Shown: positions 41,026 to 52,454, counted from the first letter of the stretch. The stretch: DNA of 64,000 nucleotides from Alphaproteobacteria bacterium (GCA_965261735.1 OZ253470.1:1056001-1120000); one strand, 5' to 3'. Numbers and translations are program-made. The notes: generated from the letters alone by a model not told the origin.

Positions 41026-42045
41026 GTGAGCCGCGCCTGCGACCCCCGGGCGCGGCGCGATCTCGAAGCGGCGTTGCGGCGCATGGACCTGATCGCGGAC
41101 GACGAGCACCCCTGCTTCACGGCGCTGCCGGGGGGCGTGTCCTCCGATATATGGCGGGTCGAACTGCGGGCCGGCCCGGCTTGCATCAAGCGGGCATTGG
41201 CGCGGCTGCGGGTCGCGGGCGAATGGCGCGCGCCCATCGAGCGCGGCCGCTTCGAGGTCGCCTGGATCGAAACGGTGGCCGCCATCGAACCTACGGCCGT
41301 ACCGCCGATTCTCGGCCAGGACGCCGAGGCAGGGCTGTTCGTCATGGCCTACCTCGACCCGGCCGAGTACCCGCTGTGGAAGGCCCAGCTCCGCGGCGGC
41401 ATTGCCGACGGCGCCACGGCGGCCGCCGTCGGTGCCCGTCTCGGCCGGATTCATGCCGCGACCGCCGGCGACGCGGCCGTCGCCGCGCGCTTCGACACGC
41501 TGCACATCTTCCACCCCATCCGGCTCGAGCCCTACCTGCTGGCGACGGCGCGCGCCCATCCGGACCGCGCCCGCGGACTTCGGGGCTTGGCCGAACGGAC
41601 CGCGCGCACCCAGCGCGCACTGGTCCACGGCGATGTCAGCCCCAAGAACATCCTGATCGGCCCCAAGGGACCGGTGTTTCTCGATTCGGAGTGTGCCTGG
41701 TACGGCGACCCCGCCTTCGACCTCGCCTTCTGCCTCAACCACCTGCTCCTCAAGTGCCTGTGGAATCCAGCCGCACGCGACGGATTCCTGTCCTGTTTCA
41801 ATGCGCTGGCGGGCGCCTATCTCGGGACGGTTGACTGGGAGGCTGGTAGCGAGCTGGAGGCGCGCGCCGCGACTCTCCTGCCGGCGCTGCTGCTGGCCCG
41901 CGTCGACGGCAAGTCTCCGGTCGAATACCTGACGGAGGAGGCCGACAAGGCGCGCGTTCGGCGCGCAGCTCGGGCCCTGCTCGAAGCGCCGGTGAGCCGG
42001 CTCGCGGACGTGCGCGCGGCCTGGCACGACGAGCTCGAGCGATGA
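41026..42045 (+). CDS. Aminoglycoside phosphotransferase/methylthioribose-kinase-like kinase
   Basis: GGVSSD, CIKRAL, HGDVSPKNIL, LDSECAWYGDPAFD. Confidence 0.88.
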   Translation: MSRACDPRARRDLEAALRRMDLIADDEHPCFTALPGGVSSDIWRVELRAGPACIKRALARLRVAGEWRAPIERGRFEVAWIETVAAIEPTAVPPILGQDAEAGLFVMAYLDPAEYPLWKAQLRGGIADGATAAAVGARLGRIHAATAGDAAVAARFDTLHIFHPIRLEPYLLATARAHPDRARGLRGLAERTARTQRALVHGDVSPKNILIGPKGPVFLDSECAWYGDPAFDLAFCLNHLLLKCLWNPAARDGFLSCFNALAGAYLGTVDWEAGSELEARAATLLPALLLARVDGKSPVEYLTEEADKARVRRAARALLEAPVSRLADVRAAWHDELER

Positions 42046-43322
42046 GCGAGAGCGCGATCACGTCCGTGCTCGGCCGCCGGGTATGGGATTCCCGCGGCCA
42101 CCCAACTGTAGAGGCCGAGGTACGGCTCGCGGGCGGCGCCGTGGGTCGCGCCATCGCGCCGGCCGGCGCCTCGACTGGCGCCGGCGAGGCATACGACTTG
42201 CGCGACGGCGGCGACACCCACGGGGGCCGCGGCGTGGGCCGGGCGCTGGCCGGCCTCAACGGTGAGATCGCGGCGGCGCTGGGCGGCCTCGACGCCGCCG
42301 ATCAGGCAGGCATCGATCGCTCGTTGATCGCCCTCGACGGAAGCCCCGACAAGCGCCGCCTCGGCGGCAACGCGCTCGTCGCCGTGTCGATGGCCACCGC
42401 TCACGCTGCCGCCGCGGCGGCTGGTGTGCCACTGTGGCGCTATTTGGCAAGTGCCGGCGAGGTTGCGCTGCCGCTGCCTGAAGTCCAAATCTTCGGCGGC
42501 GGCGTCCATGCCGGCAGGCGCATCGATATCCAGGACGTTATGGTGGTTGCGCCGACGGCAAAGAGCTTCGATCAAGCGCTCGAGTGGACCGCAGAAGTCT
42601 ATCGCGCCGCGGGGCGCATTATGTCCGAGCGCGGGCTGCTGGCTGGCGCGGCCGACGAGGGCGGCTACTGGCCCGCCTTCGCGACCAACGAAGCGGCCGT
42701 CGAAACGACCGTTCGCGCGATCGAGAGGGCCGGGTTCGTGCCTGGCGCGGACGTCGCCATCGCGCTCGACATCGCCGGGTCGAGCTTTGGCAGCCGCGGC
42801 CATTACCGCCTTGCGCGCGAGGAGCGCGATCTCGACACCGACGGCCTGTGCGAGATGCTGATGGCCTGGCTCGGGCGCTATCCCATCGTCTCACTCGAGG
42901 ATCCGTTGGCCGAGGACGACGAGGCCGGATTTCGCAGGCTCACTGAGGCCGTCGGCGATCGCGTCCAGATCGTCGGCGACGATCTCTTGGCAACCGATGC
43001 CGCGCGGGTCGCCGCCGCCGCGGCCGCCGGGACGTGCAATACGCTGCTCGTGAAGCCCAACCAGGCGGGCACCCTGAGCGAGGCCCGCGCGGCGCTGGAA
43101 GCCGCACGCGCCGCGGGCTTTGCCGCCATCGCCTCGGCCCGCTCCGGTGACAGCGAGGACACGACCATCGTCCACCTGGCGGTCGGCTGGGGCGTCGCCC
43201 AGCTCAAGGTCGGCGCGTTCGCGCGCTCCGAACGCATGGCCAAGTGGAACGAGGGCCTGCGGATCGCGGATGAGCTCGGGGCCGGTGCACGCCTCGCCCG
43301 GCCTTTCGCCAGGGACGCTTAG
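42042..43322 (+). CDS. eno: Divergent enolase-family protein
   Basis: DSRGHPTVE, GASTG, DEGG, EDPL, VGDDL, KPNQAG, SARSGDSED, RSERMAKWN; ATGA-coupled to the kinase. Confidence 0.85.
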   Translation: MSESAITSVLGRRVWDSRGHPTVEAEVRLAGGAVGRAIAPAGASTGAGEAYDLRDGGDTHGGRGVGRALAGLNGEIAAALGGLDAADQAGIDRSLIALDGSPDKRRLGGNALVAVSMATAHAAAAAAGVPLWRYLASAGEVALPLPEVQIFGGGVHAGRRIDIQDVMVVAPTAKSFDQALEWTAEVYRAAGRIMSERGLLAGAADEGGYWPAFATNEAAVETTVRAIERAGFVPGADVAIALDIAGSSFGSRGHYRLAREERDLDTDGLCEMLMAWLGRYPIVSLEDPLAEDDEAGFRRLTEAVGDRVQIVGDDLLATDAARVAAAAAAGTCNTLLVKPNQAGTLSEARAALEAARAAGFAAIASARSGDSEDTTIVHLAVGWGVAQLKVGAFARSERMAKWNEGLRIADELGAGARLARPFARDA

Positions 43323-43407
43323 GCGGCGGCTGCGTGCAAAGCCGCCCCGTAGGCGGTATATTTTCTCGCAATCAGGCCGCGTGGCCGCTCACGAGGACGC
43401 TTGCGCC

Positions 43408-45555
43408 GTGGAACGCTCGTTCAAGAAAGAGGTCGCGCTGCTGCGGCTCGGCGCGGGCGAGGTCTTCCGCGGCGAAGGCATCCTTGCCGTCACCAAAGCC
43501 CTGCTGGAATCGGGCGTGAGCTACGTCGGCGGCTACCAGGGCGCGCCCGTGTCGCACCTGATGGACGTGCTGGCCGATGCCGGCGACATCCTCGACGAGC
43601 TCGGTGTGCACTTCGAGGCCTGCGGCAGCGAGGCCAGCGCCGCCGCCATGCTCGGCGCGTCGATCAACTACCCCTTGCGCGGCGCCGTGACGTGGAAGTC
43701 GACGGTCGGCACCAACGTCGCCTCGGACGCACTTTCCAACCTCGCTTCGGCGGGCGTCAAGGGCGGCACGGTCATCGTCATCGGCGAGGACTATGGCGAG
43801 GGCGCCAGCATCATCCAGGAGCGCAGCCACGCCTTCGCCATGAAGTCGCAGATGTGGCTCGTCGACCCGCGCCCCAACCTGCCGAGCATCGTCGACATGG
43901 TCGAGCGCAGCTTCGAGCTGTCGGAGGCGAGCAATACGCCGGTCATGCTGGAGCTACGGATTCGCGCCTGTCACCTGCACGGAAGCTTCACCTGCAAGGA
44001 CAATCTGCCGCCCCAGTTCTCGCGCCGCCACGTGATCGAGAACCCGGACTTCGACTACGGCCGCATCTGCCTGCCGCCCTCGACCTATGCCCAGGAGAAG
44101 CACAAGATCGAGGTGCGCATGCCGGCGGCGGAGAAATTCATCCGCGAGCACAGCCTCAACGAGGTGTTTCCCGGGCGCCACGAGGACGTCGGCATCATCA
44201 CTCAGGGCGGCATGTACAACGCCGTGGCTCGCAGCCTCGCCGATCTCGGCCTGGCGGACAATTTCGGCAACGCGGACGTGCCGATCTACGTGCTCAACGT
44301 CACCTATCCGCTGCTGGCAGACGAGATCTCGGCCTTTTGCGTCGGTAAGAAAGCGGTGCTGGTGGTCGAGGAGGGTCAGCCCGCCTACCTCGAGCAGGCC
44401 ATCAACGCGATCCTGCGCAAGGCGGACCTCAACACATCGGTGGTCGGCAAGGACGTGCTGCCGATGGCGGGGGAGTACACCGGCGAGGTGGTGCTGAGCG
44501 GCTTGGCGCGGTTTATCGAGGGCAGCGTGCCCGCAGGCATCGACCTCGCCTCGACGGGCGCCGCCTTCGCCGAACTCCTCGCGCCCAAGCAGCAGGCCTC
44601 CGCACTCCTCGGCGAGCCCGCGCCGGCGCGGCCCCCGGGCTTCTGCGTCGGCTGCCCGGAGCGGCCCGTGTTCAGCGCGCTCAAGCTCGCCGAGCGCGAG
44701 GTCGGGCCGGTGCATCTCGCGGCCGATATCGGGTGCCACACTTTTTCGACCCTGCCGCCCTTCAACGTCGGCAACACGGTGATGGGCTACGGCCTCGGAC
44801 TGGCCAGCGCCGCCGGCGTCGCGCCGGCCATGGGACGGCGCGTGGTCAGCGTCATGGGCGATGGCGGTTTCTGGCACAACGGGCTCACCTCGGGCGTCGT
44901 CAGCGCCCAGTACAACAAGGACGATTCGGTGCTGCTCTTGTTCAAGAACGGCTACTCCTCGGCGACGGGAGCCCAGCACGTGCCGTCAACCGGCACCAAC
45001 GCCAAGGGCGAAGCCACCGACATGGACATCGAGGCGGCGCTGCGCGGCCTCGGCGTGCGCTGGATCAAGACGCTCGACACCTACGGCGTGGGACGCATGA
45101 AACGCGCGCTCACCGAGGCGCTGACGAGCAAGATCGGCGGCCTCAAGGTGATCATTGCCGACGGCGAATGCCAGCTCGCCGTGCAGCGCCGGGCAAGGCC
45201 GGAGCGCGCGCGCAAGCTCGCGGCCGGCAAGCGCGTGGTGCGCACGCGCTTCGGCATCGACGACGACGTGTGCACCGGCGACCATTCCTGCATTCGCCTC
45301 TCCGGCTGCCCCTCGCTGACGCTAAAGCCCAACCCCGACCCGCTGCGTGATGACCCGATCGCGCATGTCGACAATGAGTGCGTCGGCTGCGGCGTGTGCG
45401 GCGAGGTGGCGCACGCGGCCGTCCTGTGCCCATCCTTCTTCCGCGCCGAGATCATCCACAATCCCGGCTTCCGGGATCGCGTCCTCGACGGAGTGCGACG
45501 GCGCGTGATCGGGTGGTTCCTGGGTTCCCGCTCGCGCGCAGCGGAAGCCGTGTGA
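43408..45555 (+). CDS. iorA: Indolepyruvate ferredoxin oxidoreductase subunit alpha
   Basis: GYQGAP, FCVGCPER, GDGGFWHNG TPP motif, C-terminal CVGCGVC ferredoxin motif. Confidence 0.92.
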   Translation: MERSFKKEVALLRLGAGEVFRGEGILAVTKALLESGVSYVGGYQGAPVSHLMDVLADAGDILDELGVHFEACGSEASAAAMLGASINYPLRGAVTWKSTVGTNVASDALSNLASAGVKGGTVIVIGEDYGEGASIIQERSHAFAMKSQMWLVDPRPNLPSIVDMVERSFELSEASNTPVMLELRIRACHLHGSFTCKDNLPPQFSRRHVIENPDFDYGRICLPPSTYAQEKHKIEVRMPAAEKFIREHSLNEVFPGRHEDVGIITQGGMYNAVARSLADLGLADNFGNADVPIYVLNVTYPLLADEISAFCVGKKAVLVVEEGQPAYLEQAINAILRKADLNTSVVGKDVLPMAGEYTGEVVLSGLARFIEGSVPAGIDLASTGAAFAELLAPKQQASALLGEPAPARPPGFCVGCPERPVFSALKLAEREVGPVHLAADIGCHTFSTLPPFNVGNTVMGYGLGLASAAGVAPAMGRRVVSVMGDGGFWHNGLTSGVVSAQYNKDDSVLLLFKNGYSSATGAQHVPSTGTNAKGEATDMDIEAALRGLGVRWIKTLDTYGVGRMKRALTEALTSKIGGLKVIIADGECQLAVQRRARPERARKLAAGKRVVRTRFGIDDDVCTGDHSCIRLSGCPSLTLKPNPDPLRDDPIAHVDNECVGCGVCGEVAHAAVLCPSFFRAEIIHNPGFRDRVLDGVRRRVIGWFLGSRSRAAEAV

Positions 45556-47093
45556 GCGAGAGCGCCGAGCGGCCGATCACGCTGCTCATTGCCGCGCTCG
45601 GCGGCGAAGGTGGCGGCGTCCTCAGCCAGTGGATCACCGCGGCCGCCACAGCCACGGGGTACCCGGTGCAAAGCACATCGATCCCCGGCGTTTCGCAGCG
45701 CACCGGCGCCACGACCTACTATCTCGAGCTGCTGCCGCACGAGCTCGATCCTGGGCACGCCGCACCCGTGTTCGCCTTGACGCCCAACCCCGGCGGCGTC
45801 GACGTGGTCATCGCCTCGGAGCTGGTCGAGGCGGTGCGTGCCCTGCAAAACGGCTTCGTCAGTACCGGCCGCACGACGCTGATCGCCTCGACCCACCGGG
45901 TCTACGCGATCGGCGAGCGCAGCACCGGCGGTGACGGCCGCTACGACCCCGAGCGCTTCTACGTCGCGGCGCGCGAGATGACGCGCCGCGCCGTGCTCTT
46001 CGACATGGCCGCGGCGAGGGGCGAGGCCGGCAGCGTCATCAGCGCCGTCATGCTGGGCGCGCTGGCCGGCGCCGACGCCCTGCCGATCGCGCGCGCCACG
46101 TTCGAGCAGGTGATCCGCGATGCGGGGATCGCGGTCGAGCCCAACCTCGCGGGCTTCGCAGCGGGCCATGCGTTGGCCGAGGCTGCGGGCGAGCTTGTGC
46201 CGCCCGCAGCCTCGGACAAGCGCGGCGCGCCCACCGGGCCGGCACTGACAACCCTGGTTCGGCGCGCCGAACAGAGCTTTCCCGAGGCCCTGTGGCCGGT
46301 GCTCAGGGAAGCGCTCGCCCGGCTTATCGACTACCAGGACGCCGCCTACGCCGATGAATACCTGGCGCGGCTCGAGACGATTCGCACCGCCGACCGCGCG
46401 CCGTGGACGCTGACGCGCGAGACCGCGCGCCTGCTGGCCGTGTGGATGAGCTACGAGGACGTGATCCGGGTCGCCGACCTCAAGACGCGGAGGGCGCGGT
46501 TCGAGCGCGTCGCCGCGGAGGTCGGCGCCAAGGCGGGCGAGCCAGTGCGCATCGCCGAGTTCCTCAAGCCCGGCATCGAGGAGCTGTGCTCGATCCTGCC
46601 GCCGCGGCTCGCCCGGCCGCTGCTCGCCTGGGCGGAGCGGCGCAACCTGCTCGACCGGCTCAACATCGGCCTGCACGTGCGCACGAGCACGATCAGCGGC
46701 TTCCTGCTGATGCGCCTGCTCGCGCGCCTGCGCCGCTTGCGCCGGTTCAGCCATCGCATGTTCGAGGAACGGGCCTCGATCGAGCGCTGGCTCGCGGCCG
46801 TCGCCGACTCGGCACGGCATGACCTCGACCTCGCGCTTGAAGTTGCCGCCTGTGCGCGGCTCGTGAAGGGCTACGGACAGACCCACCGACGCGGGCGTGC
46901 GAATTTCCTTCGCCTGCTCGATGTCGCCCGGGCCGCGGGCCTCGGAGCGCGCGATCCCGGGGCGCTGGCAGCGGCGCTGCGCCGCGCCCGCGAGGCGGCG
47001 CTCGCCGACCCCGAGGGACCCTCCTTCGCCGAAGCGCTGGCCGAGCACGAGACGGCCCCAGAAGCACACGTCCGCCGGGCTGCAGGGGAGTAG
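45552..47093 (+). CDS. iorB: Indolepyruvate oxidoreductase subunit beta family protein
   Basis: ALGGEGGG, PGVSQRTGAT, WMSYEDVIRVADLK, LVKGYG. Confidence 0.9.
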   Translation: MSESAERPITLLIAALGGEGGGVLSQWITAAATATGYPVQSTSIPGVSQRTGATTYYLELLPHELDPGHAAPVFALTPNPGGVDVVIASELVEAVRALQNGFVSTGRTTLIASTHRVYAIGERSTGGDGRYDPERFYVAAREMTRRAVLFDMAAARGEAGSVISAVMLGALAGADALPIARATFEQVIRDAGIAVEPNLAGFAAGHALAEAAGELVPPAASDKRGAPTGPALTTLVRRAEQSFPEALWPVLREALARLIDYQDAAYADEYLARLETIRTADRAPWTLTRETARLLAVWMSYEDVIRVADLKTRRARFERVAAEVGAKAGEPVRIAEFLKPGIEELCSILPPRLARPLLAWAERRNLLDRLNIGLHVRTSTISGFLLMRLLARLRRLRRFSHRMFEERASIERWLAAVADSARHDLDLALEVAACARLVKGYGQTHRRGRANFLRLLDVARAAGLGARDPGALAAALRRAREAALADPEGPSFAEALAEHETAPEAHVRRAAGE

Positions 47094-47191
47094 GCCGCGC
47101 TTTCCAGTGGGCGCGGGGTGTTCTTCCAGTGGGGCTCTCCGAAAAGGTGTAGTGTGAGCCGCACCCACAACCCTCGTGCGAGGGGCTAGCG

Positions 47192-48354
47192 ATGAAGCTG
47201 TTCACGATCGGCGCCAGCGTTTCGCAGGGCTTTATGTCGCTCGCGGCGGCGCGCACCGACCTCTGTTTCTCGACGCTGATCGCCGAGAACCTTGGATTGC
47301 AGCCGGGTAGCGAGGACTACCGGTATCCCGACTGGCCCGAGGGCGGGCTCCCCGCCAACATCGAGCGGATCATGCGTCGGCTCGGGCGCAAGTATGGCGC
47401 CGACATCAAGGGGCTCGAGTGGCCCTTCGCCTTCAAGACCATCAACGATGTCCTCGACGAGTCGGAGGACTTCTATGAGCGCGGGGCCGGCCGGGAAACG
47501 GAGCCCTACCCGGGCGGTGCGACGTTTTTCCATAACGTGGCTGTGCGCGGCTTCGATGTTGCTGACGCCTGGAAGCTGACCCCGCTCATCTGTCGCCAGC
47601 AAAACGACCTGGCCAACGCCACGAATGGCGACGACAACCTCTTCGGGGCGGCCAATGCCTCGCTCTATCGCACCGCGCTGCGCGTGCTGAACCCGTCCGG
47701 CGACGCCGCGAACGACGACTGCTCTCAGCTCGAATGGCTCAAGCGCCATGCCGAGCGCGAGGGCGTCGAGAACCTGATTCTATGGCTCGGCTCCAACAAC
47801 GCCCTGGAAACGGTGCTCGCACTCAAGATCCGCCAGACCCTGAACGACCCCAACCGGCGGCCCGTCGACATGAGCCACGTCGAACGAGCGGCGGCCGACT
47901 GGAACCTGTGGCACCCCGAGGACTTCGAGGCCGAGTATCGGGCGCTTCTCGACCGCGTCGATGCCACCATGAGTGGACAGAACGCGGCGCCGCAATGGAA
48001 GGTATTCGTCGCCACCGTTCCCGCCGTCACGATGGCGCCGCTCGCCAAGGGAGTCGGCGATCGCTTCCACGTGACCCGCACGATCGACGGAACGGCGCGC
48101 CGGTATACCTACTTCAAGTACTACACGTACTTTCCGTTCGAGGAGGATTTCGCCCACGACACCGGTACCCACCTCACGGGCCAGGAGGCGGTCCATATCG
48201 ACGACGTCATTCATGCCTACAACCGGGCGATCCGCGCCGCCGTCGCCGAGAAGAACGCGGCGCACGGGTCCGAGCGCTACCACATCGTCGATGCCGCGAC
48301 CCATCTGGACGATCTGGCATGGAAAGAGAAACGACGGGTTTCCACGGTACGTAT
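47192..48354 (+). pseudogene. SGNH/GDSL-like hypothetical protein, 3'-truncated by IS1595
   Basis: FTIGASVSQG (GDS-like block), WLGSNN block, YNRAI; the ORF runs into the IS. Confidence 0.6.
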
Positions 48355-49459
48355 CTTGTCTATCCGGTTAACGCCCATGACCGCTACATGTAGGGTGCCG
48401 CCACTCTCCCGAGTAAAGCTCGGCATAGGTTGGAGCAGAGGTGTCGCCCGCGATGCCGAGCAATGAGCGGAAGGCGTTGAACGGGTAGAACCGCCTGTTG
48501 AAGCGGAAGGTGAACTCGTTGAGGTAGGCTTGTAGGTGCTGGTGGCTAACGCCGTGGTGGATACCGATCAGCCACGTCTTCAGGTTGGCGAAAACCAGAT
48601 GGATGATCGGCAGGTATTGCTCGGCAACCTCTGGATCACCACACTCGGCAACAGCGAAGTGCTCATAGCCGCGCTTCCCGAGGCCAGCATAGCCGCTCCA
48701 ATCGTCAGTAACGATCAGCGATCGCGGCGCGACGGTGCTCTCGACGAACCCACAGAGCGACTCGGCGCTACGGTCGAGCACGACGGCGAGCCGAACGCGT
48801 CCGGCATAGCGTCCGTCTTTCCGGTTGTCGAGCTTGGTGCCCGGCTTTCGATGACGCACCTCGATGGCACAGGAGACGGGAACCTTGTGGTGAACACCAC
48901 GGCCTTCCCCACGCGTTCGCCCGCCAACCCAGGTTTCGTCCACCTCAACATGGTTCTTGGGCTGTCCACCGATCCTGTCTTGGTTGGGCCGCACCATGCC
49001 CGAGCGGAGCTTGTGGAGAATTTGAAAGGCCGTCTCGTAGCGCGAAAGACCAAGTTGCCGCTGAAACTGCACGGCGGACATGCCGGGCGTCTGACTGGCG
49101 ACCAGATAAGCGGCCCAGAACCAGACGTTCAGCGGAGTGTGGCTACGCTCCATCACTGTTCCCACCGTCAGCCCGGTGTTCTGGCGGCACTTGCGGCAGC
49201 GCAGGACGCCAGGGCGGTTTTCAAAGTGGAACGGCTCTCCCGCCGTGCCGCAGTGCGGGCAGGCAAAGCCGTCTCCCCAGCGGGCTTTCTCCAGGTAGGC
49301 GGCGCAGGCCGCATCATCGGGGAAAAGTCGCTGGAACTCGGGTAGCGAATGCGGGAATGGGAGATCGGCGCGGTCGAGAACATCCATGGCGCGCTCCCCT
49401 ATATCCGGGTTGCGCCCATTCTAGCCCTAGTGGGTGTGGGTGTAAACCGGATAGGCAAG
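48355..49459 (-). mobile_element. IS1595 copy 6, full length, no target duplication (transposase 48368-49387)
   Basis: The flanks gtacgtat and gatcattc differ; variant terminal repeat cttgtctatccgg. Confidence 0.95.
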
Positions 49460-49700
49460 GATCATTCGTCGCACGACGCCGATCGCGATCATGGGCAATG
49501 CGGCGAGCGCCATCGCGCTCGATTCGAGGATCAACCCGAGTCCGGCGAACAGGGGAACCAGGCCCGCGTACATCGGGTGGCGCACGAAGGCATAGGGGCC
49601 TTTATCGATCACGTGCTGCTTCCGATCCGGACAGGCCCGACCAGGAGCGTTCCATAGACGACGGCGCCAGCCACCAGTCGGACGAGCAACCGAACCATCG
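49460..49700 (-). pseudogene. Isoprenylcysteine carboxyl methyltransferase-family fragment
   Basis: VIDKGPYAFVRHPMYAG; cut by the IS and apparently internally deleted. Confidence 0.75.
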
Positions 49701-49751
49701 TCAAGGCCGATCGTACCCGATAGCTTGCCTGGGCCTCGCAGACGGTCAGGC

Positions 49752-51446
49752 CTAGAACAACCCGACGATGCGGCCGTCGGCGTCGACGCTGATGGCGTTG
49801 GCGGCGGGGGTGCGGGGCAGGCCCGGCATAGTCATGACGTCGCCGCACACCGCGACCACGAACTCGGCGCCGCCGGCGAGACGGAGCTCGCGAATCGCGA
49901 CCTCGTGGCCGCTCGGGGCGCCCTTGAGCGCGGGGTCGGTCGAGAAGCTGTATTGGGTCTTGGCCATGCACACGGGGAAGGTGCCGTAGCTTGCCTGGAG
50001 CTCGGCGAAGCGGTCGCGCACCCGCTTGTCGGCCGTGATGTCTTCGGCCCCGTAGATCTGTTGCGCCACGGTACGGGCCTTGTCCCACAGCGGCATGTCG
50101 TCGGGGTAGAGGAGCTTGAACGCGGCCGCGCCGCGCTCGACGGCATCGAGTACGGCCTCGGCGAGCGCTTCCGCGCCTTGGCCGCCAACGGCCCAATGAT
50201 CCGCGACCACGACCGGTACGCCATGCTCGGCGCCAAGTTCGGTGAGCAGCGCAAGCTCGGCTTTGGTATCGGCGCCGAAGCGGTTGACGCAGACCACCAC
50301 CGGCACGCCAAAGCGGCGCAGATTGGCGATGTGGCGGGCGAGGTTGGCGGCCCCGGCACGCAGGGCGTCAAGGTCCTCGCGCGCGAGTTCGTCGCGCGCG
50401 GCACCGCCGTGCATTTTGAGCGCCCGCACGGTGGCCACGAGCACGGCGCAATCCGGGCTGAGCCCCGCTTTTCGGCACTTCAGGTCGAAGAACTTCTCGG
50501 CCCCGAGATCGGCGCCGAAGCCCGCTTCGGTCACCACGTAGTCGGCGAGCTTGAGCGCGGCCTTCGTGGCCACGACCGAGTTGCAGCCGTGGGCGATGTT
50601 GGCGAAGGGCCCGCCGTGCACGAACACCGGGTTGTTCTCCAGCGTCTGTACGAGGTTGGGCTTGAGGGCGTCTTTGAGCAGTGCCGACATCGCGCCTGCG
50701 ACCTCGAGGTCGCGCGCGGTCACCGCCTCGCGCGCCCGCGAGTAGCCGATGACGATGTTGCCGAGGCGCCGGTCGAGATCGGCGAGATTATTGGCGAGGC
50801 ACAGGATCGCCATGATCTCGGAGGCCACGGTGATGTCGAAGCCGTCCTCGCGGGGAAAGCCGTTGGCGACGCCGCCGAGCCCGACGGTGATCTGCCGGAG
50901 CGCGCGGTCGTTCATGTCGAGCGCCCGGCGCCAGGCGATGCGGCGCGGGTCGATGTCGAGCGCGTTGCCCCAGTAGACGTGGTTGTCGATCGCCGCAGCG
51001 AGCAGGTTGTTCGCGGCGCCCATGGCGTGGATATCGCCGGTGAAGTGGAGGTTGATGTCCTCCATCGGCACGACCTGCGCGTAGCCGCCGCCGGCGGCAC
51101 CGCCCTTGACGCCAAAACACGGGCCGAGCGAAGGCTCGCGCAGGCAGCTCATCGCCTTTTTGCCGAACCGGTTGAGGGCATCGCCGAGGCCGATGGTCGC
51201 GGTCGTCTTGCCCTCGCCGGCCGGCGTCGGCGTGATCGCGGTGACCAGGATCAGCTTGCCCTCGGGCGCCTCGCCGAGGCCCGCCAGATAGTCGAGCGAC
51301 AGCTTCGCCTTGTGGTGGCCGTAGGGCTCCAGCGCCGATGCCGGAATACCGAGCCTGTCGGCGCCGACCTCGAGGATCGGCCGCATCGACGCCGCTTGCG
51401 CGATGTCGATGTCGCTCTTGGGATTCGTGTACTGGCTTGCGGGCAC
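49752..51446 (-). CDS. fhs: Formate--tetrahydrofolate ligase
   Basis: [46 protein letters not shown]. Confidence 0.96.
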   Translation of the reverse strand: MPASQYTNPKSDIDIAQAASMRPILEVGADRLGIPASALEPYGHHKAKLSLDYLAGLGEAPEGKLILVTAITPTPAGEGKTTATIGLGDALNRFGKKAMSCLREPSLGPCFGVKGGAAGGGYAQVVPMEDINLHFTGDIHAMGAANNLLAAAIDNHVYWGNALDIDPRRIAWRRALDMNDRALRQITVGLGGVANGFPREDGFDITVASEIMAILCLANNLADLDRRLGNIVIGYSRAREAVTARDLEVAGAMSALLKDALKPNLVQTLENNPVFVHGGPFANIAHGCNSVVATKAALKLADYVVTEAGFGADLGAEKFFDLKCRKAGLSPDCAVLVATVRALKMHGGAARDELAREDLDALRAGAANLARHIANLRRFGVPVVVCVNRFGADTKAELALLTELGAEHGVPVVVADHWAVGGQGAEALAEAVLDAVERGAAAFKLLYPDDMPLWDKARTVAQQIYGAEDITADKRVRDRFAELQASYGTFPVCMAKTQYSFSTDPALKGAPSGHEVAIRELRLAGGAEFVVAVCGDVMTMPGLPRTPAANAISVDADGRIVGLF

Positions 51447-51674
51447 GGGGCGCTCCCCTATTGCCGAGGTTGGCGAGAACTCTGGCGGGACGGTGGTGGT
51501 GTGCCGGAGTTGGCTCGGGACAGTAACAAGGCGCGGCGCGCGCTCGCAACCGGCACCGGCTCGGCGCGGTGTCGTGCCCGGCGATAGCACTGTGTCGCGC
51601 ACCGCCCCCTCTGCTACCATGGCGGTGAGCGTAGGGCGCGCGCGCCTAGGGGCCGAGCGGAAGGGCGAGACAGC

Positions 51675-52454
51675 ATGGCGGACGTGGTACTGGTGGAAAC
51701 CGAGGGGCCGATCGCGACGGTAATCCTCAACCGGCCGGACAAGCTCAACGCCATGAATCTCGAATCCTGGCGCCGGGTGGCCGAGGTCATGGGCGAGGTT
51801 TCTAAGCGCGACGAGCTCCGCTGCGTCGTCATGCGCGGCGCCGGCGACAAGGCGTTCGCGGCCGGCGCCGACATCTCCGAGTTCGAGAACGAGCGCAAGG
51901 GCGCCGCCAAGGGCAAGGCCTACGGGGCCGTCGTCGAGGCCGCGTTCACGGTGATCGCCGCATGCCGCCACCCCACCGTCGCGCTGATCAAGGGTGCCTG
52001 CATCGGCGGCGGGCTCGAGATCGCGGCGCGCTGCGACATCCGTATCTGCGGCGAATCGAGCACCTTCGGCATCCCCAGCAACCGCCTGGGCCTGGTCATC
52101 GCCTATCCCGAGCTCGAAGGGTTGATCAGCCTGGTGGGCCGCGGCAACGCCAACGAGATCGTGCTGACGGGCGCGATCTTCGGCGCTGCGGACGCCCGTG
52201 CCATGGGCCTCGTCAACCGCGTCGTCGCCGACGAGGCGGTCGCGGAGGAGGCCTACCGCGTCGCCGGCGGCATCGCCGAGCGCGCGCCCTTCAGCAACCG
52301 CTGGCACAAGAAGGCGATGCGCCGGCTCGCCGATCCGACGCCGCTCAGCGAGGCCGAGCGCGACGACGCCTTCGCCTGCTACGACAGCGAGGACTTCCGC
52401 GCCGGTTTCGAGGCGTTCCGCAACAGGACCAAGCCGGTCTTCACCGGGCGCTAG
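51675..52454 (+). CDS. Enoyl-CoA hydratase/isomerase family protein
   Basis: [31 protein letters not shown]. Confidence 0.92.
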   Translation: MADVVLVETEGPIATVILNRPDKLNAMNLESWRRVAEVMGEVSKRDELRCVVMRGAGDKAFAAGADISEFENERKGAAKGKAYGAVVEAAFTVIAACRHPTVALIKGACIGGGLEIAARCDIRICGESSTFGIPSNRLGLVIAYPELEGLISLVGRGNANEIVLTGAIFGAADARAMGLVNRVVADEAVAEEAYRVAGGIAERAPFSNRWHKKAMRRLADPTPLSEAERDDAFACYDSEDFRAGFEAFRNRTKPVFTGR

